Assembly: GCA_030141605.1 (NCBI GenBank)
Contig: JAQGDQ010000019.1
Location: forward strand, 620,001-684,000
Reading direction: 5' to 3'
Source of the DNA: Tubiluchus corallicola
Lineage: Eukaryota; Animalia; Priapulida
Length of the DNA: 64,000 nucleotides
Below, piece after piece: positions 1 through 12,178 of this stretch. The notes beneath the pieces are model-generated. The model was not told where the DNA came from. It made no database searches and saw only the letters and a program-made list of their open reading frames with translations. Numbering within the stretch: the first letter of the stretch is position 1; each line of letters begins with the position of its first letter. Position numbers and translations under genes: made by a program.

Positions 1-240
1 GTTAAATTTATTCAGATTTAACTTGTAACATAATGAAGCGAACTAAAAATATAACTTTTAAAAATATTGGATGCTGTTTAATGTACGCGGGTTATAGCAT
101 GGCTCAGTCAAAGCGTTTTCTCACAATAAGCTCCAAAATTAATCTTCAGAAATGTTTGCGTTTCATACAACTTATGATGCTCGTTTCCCTGTCTACAAAA
201 TAGTGGACCCACAGAAACTAGTGCAGTTTTGAAAACACGC

Positions 241-510
241 ATAGTACCGGCACCTGCTCTACATGCATGCATAGTACGGGCACCAGCTCTACGAGCACGC
301 AAAGTACGGGCACCAGCTCTACATGCATGCATAGTACGGGCACCAGCTCTACGAGCACGCAAAGTACGGGCACCAGCTCTACATGCACGCATAATACGGG
401 CACCAGCTCTACGTGCACGCATAATACGGGCACCAGCTCTACGTGCACGCATAGTACGGATACCAGCTCTACCTGCACGCATAATAAGGGCACCAGCTCT
501 ACGTGCACTA
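241..510. repeat. 30-bp minisatellite, 9 copies
   Basis: Unit ATAGTACGGGCACCAGCTCTACRTGCACGC repeats head-to-tail with no spacers. It explains the repetitive ORFs on both strands. Confidence 0.95.
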
Positions 511-1960
511 ACGTTATGATACAATTAACAAAAAGTTACATTGGAACTCGCTGAAATTTTTTGATGCTTACATGTACATGTATTATCGAAATATTTTTGC
601 AAATAAACTATTATAAGAATTCAGTGTGGTTATTTTACCTCTAATCAGACAAGGGTGGGCCAGGAACGTCTAAGACGCAATACGCGTGTAATAATTAGGA
701 CTAATAACTAGACTAGCAATAGAAGAATATAACGCGTTATTTTTTCTTTATTTTTATTTGTGATAAACTAATGCAAAAATACTGATACTCACACTCTATC
801 TCTTTTCTTGTTACTGGCTTAGCCGAAGTTAAAGCAATAGCAGCCAATACGACAACCCATTGAAGTTTCATATTTTCATCCAAACAGTCACTTACAAATG
901 GGCAAATACTTATTGCTATTGGTACAGTTAGGATCGTCAGAATATGCCGAGACCGAAATGGAACTCCTTCAAAAACTTTCTCTTATTTTATGAGTGATAC
1001 TTTGCTGATTAAAAACATAATTATCTAACACTGTCTTTAAACACCTGCTAGATTCACATGCCTCATATCATTTTTCATGTCGGACTATGTGAAAATAGGG
1101 GGTTGTTGGTTACTAAACATACAAGACATATCCTAAGTATGACATAAGAAGCTTGTACACTAATAATGTTTCGCGGCTGGTCTTGGCATAATCCCTCAAA
1201 TATGTAGTACAAACAACTGTGCAATTTTTGCAACCTGCTAAACACAAAACGTGTAGTTTTTACAAGATTAATTATCTCGAATGTGTAATTTACCAAATTC
1301 GTCATCTCAGATGCATAATTTCCAAAAATGTACATTCACTCTTCAATGCTATACTGTTGTGTTATGCTAATAACTGAAACCGCTAAAATGCGAGACTGTT
1401 AGGGGAATAACATAGATTCAAATTCTGTGGGCGTACGGCTGTATCTGAACTGTGGGAAACAACAAAGAAGAAATACAAAGCCCAGAAGATTACGGCTGCG
1501 TCACTATGCAATTCAAATGCAGACTACCTTACAAAGCTTCCGAATCAGTTATGTGGTTCTTTCACATTTGCTATCTTTGTTAATGCATGCATATTACATG
1601 CAAATATTGCCACGTGCCTCAAGCACAAAAAAACGTTCATTAAGTAATGAAGCGATACTGTGTATAAAACTAGCTGCCTAATAGTATAGCAGTTATTAAA
1701 AAGTTAAATCACAATAAATATAATTGTATAATTTCATATTTTAATAACATCTTCATTCATGATCGGTTATAACATTTTATAATGCACAAAAACACTGTAT
1801 TAAAGAAATTATAATCGCAATGCTACTTTTAAGTACAAAATGACATTCACACAGTCAGACAAACACACCTAATACTCTAACAACAAATCTTAACTTTTAG
1901 AATTCACCTTGTAACTGATATCAATTACACACACAGATAATTTAGAAATCTACTACAGTT

Positions 1961-4900
1961 CTATACATCATAATCATCATCTTCAGTGACTGCTTGCTTT
2001 GTTTGTCTAGACAGTTGACTATGCCTTGTTGAATCTAAAGGTGAATGCCACGATGGTTGTGTTAAAAAATCCTGTGGTAAATGTTGTGTTCCCTCCGGCA
2101 TGTAAAATACTGGCTGCTGAGACGACCGTGGCGGTCCAGAAGAATAATATGGTGGAAACCTGTAATTTAAGCAACAATATTTGTTAACACAATTCTCCAG
2201 AAACATAAACAATAGATTGTTTATCATACTGCCAAGCATAGGAGTTTCTATTCAAGATAAAAAAACAAATTGTATATGATTAATATACTCAAATTAAGTG
2301 CAAACGAACGAAAATAAAAACACCAAGCAATGACCATACAGCCATGACCGACTTGCAATATTCTGTCATACATGACAATTGGGCGCATATCTTCGTTACA
2401 ACGTTTATCTCTTTTCTTAAGTTATTAGCTTCATATAAGGTGAACCTACAGTTTAATGTTTTTTGTTTTCTGTAGAACAGTTAGCAAAAACAATGAAGAT
2501 GCAGAATTTGAGGAGTTTTGATCTAAATACAAGCACTCTGCAAAAACCCTACTTCTTCTGCTGAAGCATTCCTTTTCACAGCACTTTTGCCCTATCTGCG
2601 ACTTTTGTTTTATAAAAATATTAAAACTGCTTAAAAATGTGCCTGTCAACTCAGTGCTACCATGCATCACTTAAATTGTGCCTATTTTGTCATATTTAGG
2701 ATTGTGACCTTTTACTGACCTTTAACTTCCAGATTTTCCCAATTACTGTGAATAAGATTCACAAATAATTGGCATTTAGTTACTATCGAGTGTAATATGG
2801 CTCAGATTTCGTTAGAAGTTTTTAAAACTAACACAAAAAATTCCGCAATTGCCGGGCACTACAATTGACGCCTGCAGAATTTTAAGTTGGTGAGCGAAAA
2901 GACGATGTTTGTCCAATTAGATTTTTTGGTTGCGTATTCTCTGTAACTGTCAAGGCCATGGCACATGCTTCGAGTAGAATATCCTGCATGCACGAGATGC
3001 TTGGAGCAAAACATCTACTCTTTTGATATGCTAGGAATTTCAGCATGTGTTTTTAAAATGCTGTTTGTTTTGCGCAGTGACGAAAAATGCAAACTGCGTG
3101 CGAAAATTGAAGACGTGAAAGCTTTGAGCAATTAGTACACACTACACAGTACACATATTGGCATGTTTGTTTCTGCTAGCTTTGAAGACGAAAAAATTTG
3201 TATGGTTTCTAAAAGTTCATGCTTTTCAATTAATGCTTTTTGCATTGATGACTCATTACAAAATTAATTGTCTTCCGTGTAATTATGGAGCTTAATCTAG
3301 TAACCATAAGATACAATACATAAAGTGATGCCACAATAAACATTGCAGAGTGGATTTAGCAGAAAGTTTTCGAAATTTGTGAAATCAAAAATCTGATATT
3401 TTTGCTGTCATGTTTTTAGAAAATTCCTTTATTACTATCACCACAGTAACACTTACCAAGAATTCTTACGAGAATGAGAAGAAAGGTCAAGTGGTTGCAG
3501 CTGTGAACTGTGAGGTGGAAAATCCATTTTTGAACCAGACGGTACACACTGAGGACCTGTAGGATACGAAAGGCATCGGTCTAACTCTTTACTGGTGTGA
3601 TTTTTCTCTTGTGTAACTTCTTCTTCATCGTCATCTTCTTCTTCCTCTTCTTCTAAATCTTCTTCACTTGACCTCATGTCCTAGAAAGAAATAGAAATAT
3701 GATACGATATCAAAATAAAGCTAGAGCTTTAGGTAGTAGCATCAACAGTGACAAAACTCAAATTTCTAACAAACTTTTCGTATCATCAAAATTTCAATCC
3801 TAATTGAAATATCATGACATGGGCAATTTTTATCAATGAGCAAAAGCACATTCTCAATTTCTACTTTAGTATGACTACAACTGTACAATTTTATCTGCAT
3901 GATTAACATTAGGTGAATATGACTCACACACAACTCTTACTAGATGACCAAATTAGCCTACAAAACTTGCTGTGTCACCATGACTAATATAATCATATGA
4001 AACAAAATTCAAATCATCAAGCCACGTGCATACGCCATTTTGTACTTTAACTGATGTGTCATACTAGCAAAGGCAAAGATACAGTAGAAATTATGAAGTA
4101 TTTTGACCTAGCAGTTGTCTAATGCATAAGAGAACAAATTTCGCTACATTCCAGAAATTGCAGTTTGTCATTGGATTTTGCACACATCTAACTGATTAAA
4201 CCTTCTTCTGGCAAAGACAGCTAGAGCTTCAAAAGCAAACAGCAAAGCAAGTGATTAAATGTTTAGCTTCCAGGAATTCTTGGGCAACGAGGTTAATTGC
4301 ATTGGACGGGCAGGTCAAAGCGAACCGTTATAGGCTAGCATATTAGCGTATGATAATTGTTCCTGCTTACAAACAAAATGGTACTTAACGTGATTGTTTC
4401 TATGTGTATTATAGGAGAACAGTGTTCTAAGATGATAAAGTCCACAAAGAAGTGGTCAGACCTGCTCTAATCTATGGGCTGGAAGCAGCTTCTCTAAAGA
4501 CCGAAGAGAAGAAAATGGATGTGGTGGAGATGAGGATGTTGAGATGGATAGTGGGAATAACAAGAAGAGATAAAATTAGAAATAATAATATCAGAGGAAC
4601 AGTAAAAGTAGTGGAAGCCTCGCAAGATTGCGATGGTATGGACACCTGAAAAGAAGAGTCGGTGAAGATCATGTGGGAAGGGAGGTCATGGAAATGGAAG
4701 TGCTGGGAAATAGAAGAAGAGGACGACCCAAGCGGAGATGGATTGAATGTATTAATGGAGACCTTAGAGAGTAGAACATAAGAACATAAGACCTTAAGAA
4801 CATAAATGAAGAGATGGTCAACAACAGGAAGGCGTGGAGAAGACTCATTCACAATGGCAACGCCGCATAGGGAAAAGCTGGGAAGAAGAAGAAGTGTTCT

Positions 4901-7900
4901 AAGATTATATGAAACTCATAAAAGCTTATTAGTCACTCGAAAGTGTGTTATTGAAGCACGTGAAAAAAATATTCGGTTAATTACGCGGAGTTATTTGAGA
5001 CAATTATCGACAGTTTTTGTGTACATTTGAATAGAAGCGGCCCGTACCAGATGTTTTAGAGTCAATTAAGCGACTGAGTCCATTAACCACGAATCTAATA
5101 AACAGTGCATACTGTAACAAATGTGCAAGAAAAAATTTTCATGTTTATATTTGGCCTGAAGCAGTTGTTATTCCAGTAAATGCTTCTGGGACTCCTTCAG
5201 CCTTACTGTCAGCATAAGGCCAAATCTAATAACTTTGATAGCGACCAAAGTTTACAAAATTAAACATACAATATCCAAATCTGAATTAGAGTCAGAGCCA
5301 CCATCTTCAGTTTTACTATTAACTTCATTATTTGCATGTTCCACTGTTCCATGTTTCCTTCGTCTTCTTCGCCTTCGCCTATAACAAACAAAATTTTAGC
5401 ACAATTTCAGAAAGTCTAATTAAAATGCAATAGCTAAGAAATTATGTTACGGGCCTATTGTCATCATAGTTCGTTAACATTTGAAATAAAATTTTATCAT
5501 TTATAAGCTACTTCCATGCTGCATAAGCTTATGCAAAAGCATTACAGACGCTACAGCAGAAATTACAACAAATGAGTAGTAACATGAACACAATAATCTC
5601 AGCAGTTAAACAGTGCAAACTTTAGTACATTCGTAAGTTTTTTCTATAGTAGTTGTTACTGAAGGCGAAACCCCTCAACAAGATGATGAAGGATTCCCAC
5701 CACTTGCAGAAAAATAACAGCTCTTACAAATGAAATTTTTAAGTTGCATTTAAATTTTATTATATAGTTGTAGCTCTAGCAAACAATCAAACAGCCCTCT
5801 ACAAGTGGAAAAAAGGTATCAGGAAATATAAGTATCCTCACCAACAAAATTAAATGTCTCTATGTACAGCGAGAAAACAATGAATAAATTTCCAAACTAG
5901 TCTTTTCACGTTAATCCAATGAGCATGTGCAGCCAGCACAGCCAAAAAGTGCTGGGTAGTTACATTTGTGCGAGTTAACTTAATATGTTTGCCATTCACT
6001 ATCCTGCATAATATCCCACACACCAGTCTACAAGATCACCCTACATTGTATTTAAATGTGCTTAGTCAAAAAATTACGTTTAACTTACTTTAATGGCTTA
6101 AAAGTTTTTGATTCACTGCCAGCATTGCTATTAGAGTCTTCACCGTCAGCTGAAGGATCTCTGACGTCAGAAATGTTAGCCACAAGGTCTTTTAAAAAGT
6201 CAAACCTGGCTTCAGATAAAATTGTTTGTTTTCTGTAAAACAAAAATGGCAATTCTTATGACTTGACAAATAACATCAAACACCTGCAGATTTCATTGCA
6301 GTAACAACAAAACTATATCCAAAAATGCTAGGTTGTGCACTAATCATTTGTAGATTTTTGTAATGCACGAAAAATACTATAAGATAGTTAAATAATACAA
6401 CATTTTGCCAATGTAATTGTGCTCAAATTGTAATTAGCTTTAGACATTCATACTACAGATTGCAAATTTTTGTAATGATTGGTAATTATAAACTGAGAAA
6501 TATTTTACGAACTATTTAATCACATAATACATCACAGTCAAATTAAACATTTATTTATACCTGTCATGTTATACATGTCTAATTTATGAATGAGCAACAT
6601 GTAGGTATAAATGAAAAGGTCAATAACTGCAGGCTAAAAGTCTTACAAGTGTTGTGGAGTGAGCGTCCTAGCATTCTTTGCTTGTGTGTTGGCACTTGCT
6701 TTCAGTAGTAAAGATTCAACAAAAAGTTCGAGAGCCTTTGCTATTAGAAATTCATCAAGGAAAACATTCTCTAAATACATATTAGTAGCAAAAAACATGC
6801 AAAACATTTTGCATGTACTTAGGATTAATTTGAAATTTTATTACTATCAATAATATACAAACGCTTCACCTAGTTTCTGTTATTTTCTTTCCCCACTTAA
6901 TAGCGGACCTAGTAATAGGTTAATAGGCAGATAAACTATAGAACACATAAATCAAGATGTCTCATGGTCTGCCCAGCAGAGTCCCAAAGTAACATCTTTC
7001 TCAAGAGTCTACCTATTAATAATGTTGTGCAGGGGCAACCTCTTAACATAGCAGATTTTGTTAAACAGCACACTATTGGGTAGAGTGAAAAAAAATCTGA
7101 ATTGATAAGATACCAGATTATTCTCAGTCAATTTACTTTCAGTAATCAACAACTGATAAAACTACGAATGACTGACTAAAAACCACTATAAAACAATTTT
7201 ATAACTGCCAGCAGTATTGAAGGTCATGCCTCTTGAAACACAATCACGGATCCCACGATAGTAAAATAGCCAGGCATCTTGAAATGAAAATTTTATGCGT
7301 CATACGCTTGTATTTACACATAACTCAATGTAGCTTAATCGTGGTACAGCTAAAATCATGTAAGGTACTGTTTTTGAAAGACTCTAAAAGCTCCAGCTAA
7401 ACAGGATTTGCCTGAAAATCAGAAAGCAGTTATTCCAAAGTCAACGAGATGCACTTCTGTTAATAAAGCATTGAAGTAAGCATTCAGCAAGCGACAATTA
7501 AAATTGCTTTCCATGATTTCAGCTTGAAAAAAACATTTTTTAAAAATAATCACACTTACGAATTTTCACTGACAAATGCATTCTGTAAGACTGCAACACC
7601 GTAGGAACATGACAGCACATTTTAGAGAAAGTGGCACAGATGGGGGAGAGATAGGGAGAGAGACAGAGGTGGAGAAAGACAGACAGACAAAGAGAATTTT
7701 TATAGCAATGCATTCATCATACACTGACTGATAATAATGCAACGTTGTAAGTAAGCAAAATGGCAATGATCTAACTAATTTGCAAGATAGCACACGAGTA
7801 AGTCGACATCTGAATATGATGGTTTCTAACTTTTTCTAAAAAACATGTGCAACAAATTGAAACTTTTATTCCAGCCTAGCAGAACTACTGCTGCCTAGAA

Positions 7901-10900
7901 ATGCAGTTCACTGCTATACGATTATCATTATATCATTCAACAAGTCAGTCAGATTAGTTGTCGTGTGAATAATATCACGAGATTACTTAGAAACGTGGCG
8001 GAAACTTTTGGTAAAAAATGATTTTTCTATGAAACTGATATTGCACCATATAACTGATAGCAGCATCATTAAATCACGTACTACCACCTTACAGTGAAAT
8101 GCTCCTTTAAGACACAGTCCATTCCAAAACTGATTGAAAGACAGGTCACAGATACCAGCAGGCTACCAGATATATAGTACATTTAAAATTTGGTCACAAA
8201 ACATTATTCAAAACTGCATTTATGAAGTCTGTTAACAGTGATATTAACAAAGTTTAAAATGTCACTGGTTAAGCTCATGCAAAAAATAAATTAGTCAAAC
8301 GCCGAAAATAACCGCTAAAGGATACAAATTATTACAGGTACTGGAGCTGCCACTTTCCCAACATCTTCGTCAGTTTGCATGATCTTCTTTATTCTTGCCT
8401 AAAACATTGATTATTGAAATACATAAGAATATTGTCAAATTGAGCAATGTAGGCACTGATGAATTAAAGGAAAACAGGATCACTTTACTGTTCCATTTTG
8501 AAGTACGGTAAAACGTATACATTTTAAGACTTCATAATGCTAAAGCGTTTCTGGTAATTAAACTATCGATTAAAAACTTAATTAACTGAGACGCACAAGC
8601 CTAACTTGTGATGATATCATACAGTAACATAACTTCTAAGAACACAAACATTCCAAGAGAGAATAAAACTTATTTGTGAAAGCAAAAATTGAAGTACAGT
8701 GCTGCTATACCACATATGCTGTACAAAAACTAGGCAAATTGTAAGTTCAAAATTCAAATTTCAAGTTTACCACTAAACTCATGCATGAACTCTCGAACAT
8801 GTTCACTATGTTACAACTGAACACTTCTGAACTGGGAGGTACAGCACCTGTTTTTGTGCAATGTGTTTCCGAGATGCAAGCACTACTGATAATTATCTAT
8901 CATTGTATCAATACGAAAAATCTGTTTTGATCATTATCGCATCGAAGTTATTCTAAGAATATTGTTATGATATCAAATTTGGTGAGCATCACTGTCTTAT
9001 TGCTCACCAATATAAAATCATTTCACTTTGTCACTTCATTTATGCACTGGAATTATTCATAAAAATTAAGACAAAGTTATTTATAAGATAGTTTTAATAA
9101 TTTTCTTGTACTTCCTGCAATAACAGCTGTCTTCAGTCGGTCACATGAATGCAAAGTGCAGTATCTTTGGAGGCGTTTTCCTATAGTTATGTGCAGGTGA
9201 TGCAGCTCACGTAAATAAACATATTACGTAATAAGAGATCAATACGTAAATCCATCGCAGCTCACGTATTAGTATTATTTTATGAGTAAACAAACATGTA
9301 TCTATACATTGATCGGGAAATAATCTGTAAAAATACATTGTTCTAATACACTGAGACACCTTGCACAGTAACTACCGACATATTCAGTATTGTTTTTCAT
9401 TTGAAAAAAATTATCGTATTGCACTATGCTGTCTGAAAATCAGATTATCGGTATTGTATCAATATCGGTAGTCGTACAGCACATACAATTATCTTCTAAT
9501 TTGCTAATTCTTTGGTTAGCAGTTTTATAATATGAGAAGTATGAACATAAGATCATTAAATTTCAGGATCTCGGACTTTATCAACTTGTAGCTTTATATT
9601 AGTTTGCAAAACGTAAGATGCATCAACATTGCATTGTTTAATTCAGAGCAAGAAACAGGTTTCAACTGAATAAGCCGCTGATCAGACCAACATTCAATTC
9701 TGTCGATATCTATCTGTACAAGTGCAAACTGTAATTTGATCTGCCTGTATAATTAAACGTCTCATTAAATGCATTAATAAATGAAGTAACAAATTCTGCT
9801 GAATCACTGAAGGCCATAGCGCTCATAAAAGGATCCGTAAGCATTCCCCATGGAATACCATTATGAACATGAATCCACTTAATACACAGTTAAATTAAAG
9901 CCACACATTGCCTTCTGTAAGTAGATAAAAATCTAAAAGTGAGTTAGTTTATCTTTAATATTAGTAAACAATATTTCCTGCAAAAAACGCTCAAGAGGTA
10001 CTGAATGAAATGCTTTACGGAAGTCTAGGTATAACTGCAATATAGGTCTAACATCTGAAGACATTGCATTGGTTACAGTTGAATTAGAATTTATTAGTAG
10101 ATTTATCAGATGAATAAATGAAAGCCAAAGAAACTCTCACTAAACTCATTTCTCAAGGATTTTCACAATGTCAGATGTGTGAGAAATTGGGCGACGTTCA
10201 TCACATAATGTAGTATTAACTATTATAGGATGTAAAGTAATGTCAACATCCATACATGATCTTCAACATTTTTCAGAATCAAGAGATATGTGAAACATTC
10301 TCAACAATGGATATGCTAGCTAGAAACTGCATTTCTTTCAGCACTGGACCATGCACCTATGCAGGTCCCTTAAACTTCAAAGGGTTAAAGCAAAAATATT
10401 AAGTTCATGTGTGTCAAATATTTATGTATCTACTATATATATAGTACTAAGGAAACAAGTTTTGTAAAATTTTGCTAAGCAGACATTGTGGTATAATTCT
10501 GCAGTATATTACCCATCCCTTAGATTAGAATTACTGTTCCCTTACATGTCCCATGTTTAGCGCAATTAAATCTCTGTCGTATTGAATTTTTGACGCAGTT
10601 TTTGAAGCTTAGCAAATCAATAATAAAAAAAAGAGAATAAACTCTTGATGCAAATTGGTCATTTGTCTTTCAACAAGCAACGGTCGCAATGCGTTAAGAT
10701 ACGAACAAAAACGCTACTTGAAATGCACTTTATTTTTTTTCACTGAAAATGATGTATCTCAGCAAGTAAGCCTAGCATAGCAGATAACACCAGCGTATAG
10801 GCCTAAACATAACAGCATGTACCATACCAACTATAAATTGGAAAGTATTCAAAGATATTTCTGTAAGACGTTTACTTACTGGCGGAAACCGCGCGTTGTA

Positions 10901-10921
10901 CTTTTTCTTTTTACCTGGCAT
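1961..10921 (-). CDS. DRAP1: Dr1-associated corepressor / NC2 alpha (histone-fold), 7 coding exons, 294 aa
   Basis: Exons (minus): 10921-10880, 8398-8326, 6740-6647, 6232-6089, 5378-5270, 3680-3457, 2159-1961. Total 885 nt, all GT-AG, phases consistent. Translation MPGKKKKYNARFPP/ARIKKIMQTDEDVGKVAAPVPVII/SKALELFVESLLLKASANTQAKNARTLTPQH/LKQTILSEARFDFLKDLV matches the DRAP1 histone fold. It ends EDDDYDV, like the acidic DYD end of vertebrate DRAP1. Confidence 0.96.
4434..4892 (+). mobile_element. 5'-truncated RTE-clade LINE in DRAP1 intron 5
   Basis: Decayed RT C-terminus (VRPALIYG..EMRMLRWIVGITRRDKIRN..RLRWYGH..RRRGRPKRRW), an (AAG)n tail, and a 13-bp TSD AGTGTTCTAAGAT at 4421-4433 and 4893-4905. 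Confidence 0.88.
6741..8325 (-). other. U12-type (minor spliceosome) GT-AG intron, intron 2 of DRAP1
   Basis: Donor GTATCCTTT at 8325-8317. Branch site TTCCTTGAT at 6762-6754 matches TTCCTTRAY and ends 13 nt before the intron 3' end. No long polypyrimidine tract. Confidence 0.92.
9500..10240 (-). mobile_element. Degenerate CR1-like LINE reverse transcriptase fragment in DRAP1 intron 1
   Basis: Minus-strand remnants RPISHTSDIVKILE, LYLDFRKAFHSVP and KWIHVHNGIPWG resemble the RPISLTS, YLDFxKAFDSVP and GVPQG motifs. Many stops and frameshifts; boundaries approximate. Confidence 0.75.
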
Positions 10922-11561
10922 ACTTATAGTTGTAAAATTAATTAACATAAATTATTTGTTATCATGAAAAACACTGTTTTCAGTCGACACTTGACAGTTG
11001 ACAGTTTACTTTGTATCACGTTGAAAAAGGGTTGAGAATTGCTGTTACAGTTCATGCGTGTTCAATTACGATCATTTCGATTCAATGCAATTTTATTTTC
11101 TATTTGCTCAAACACACTATAGATAATGTACATTGGCAAAACACACACGTTCAGTATACATAAATATAAAGTTATTTGTAATAGCCATTAACTTTGTTTT
11201 GGCTTATTAACGAAGTTAAATTAGCTATGTAATTATAATGTAGTAATTACAAGAAATCACGATTCAATATTGTAATTAGCGAAAATAAGAAAAAAATGGC
11301 ACGTGAATTTCAATAAAGGTTTATGAAGGAAAAATAGTAAAAGTAAAAAATTATTATCAACAAAATGTTGATTAAAATAAAGAACAATTATAAATAGCAA
11401 CTGAAATACTAAATAAAGTTCATCATTCTAACTTTCTGTAAATGTTCGAAAAATGGGTGGTTAAAGAGTAGAGTTATGATTGAAAAATTGTTGAAAGAAG
11501 ATTTAATATTGGAATTAGAGAATAGAAGTACAAAGTTTATTATTTTGGACCATGCCTTGTT

Positions 11562-12178
11562 TGTAACGTAGAAAACAAAATGGCGATACGAGAAACGGTC
11601 ACTCCTCCAAGTGCTGTCAAAACGAAATTCTAACTTGCTTATGTCACGAGATGTTAGAAAGAACGTGAAGCAGGAGCGAGAGTCGATGACTGGTCGACTA
11701 GCTGTTAAGACGTGTGTAACAGGACAGGAATTCTGAGAAACCAGGTTAGATCGAAGGTACAGATCATATGTACTTTGCCGTGGGCTATTATAAGATTCTC
11801 ATAAAAGTGTTTATAGAAGCCAGCTGAGAATGCATGCAGAGTGCAGGGCGAAAAAATGCAGTGTTTAAGCTGTTACACACCAGAGATTCCTGTTAGTAAC
11901 TTAAGGCAAATTACTTGTACGCAGAAGCAATAATTACCTCTTGTATGCAGAACACTAAGATGAGATTATGTTATACTCGATAGTTAAATACAAACAGACT
12001 TGTTTAATTGTATAACAGAATTGACTTCATTTACTTGTACGTAATGTTTTCTTATCTTCAATAAACAGCCTTCATATCCCCCCCCCCCCCAGCTGTTTGG
12101 TCTACTAAGCATTATTGCACACCATATAAATCAGTCATCACGAGTCATAAGCAAACGAAAATTATGCAAAGCACAACA
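11562..12178 (+). mobile_element. Possible solo LTR upstream of DRAP1
   Basis: Starts TGTAAC and ends AACA, with a TATA-like TATTATAAG near 11786 and AATAAA at 12060. Flanks TTGTT and TTTTT are only a near-match TSD. Confidence 0.3.

Noticed and set aside
108-554. Four overlapping repetitive ORFs and a superficially CRISPR-like array
   Set aside because: This is a 30-bp tandem repeat without unique spacers. Frames stay open because the unit length is a multiple of 3 and lacks stops. No cas genes, and the context is eukaryotic.
4472-4852. 126-aa minus-strand ORF in DRAP1 intron 5
   Set aside because: Antisense shadow of the RTE fragment. DRAP1 exons 5 and 6 join in phase without it.
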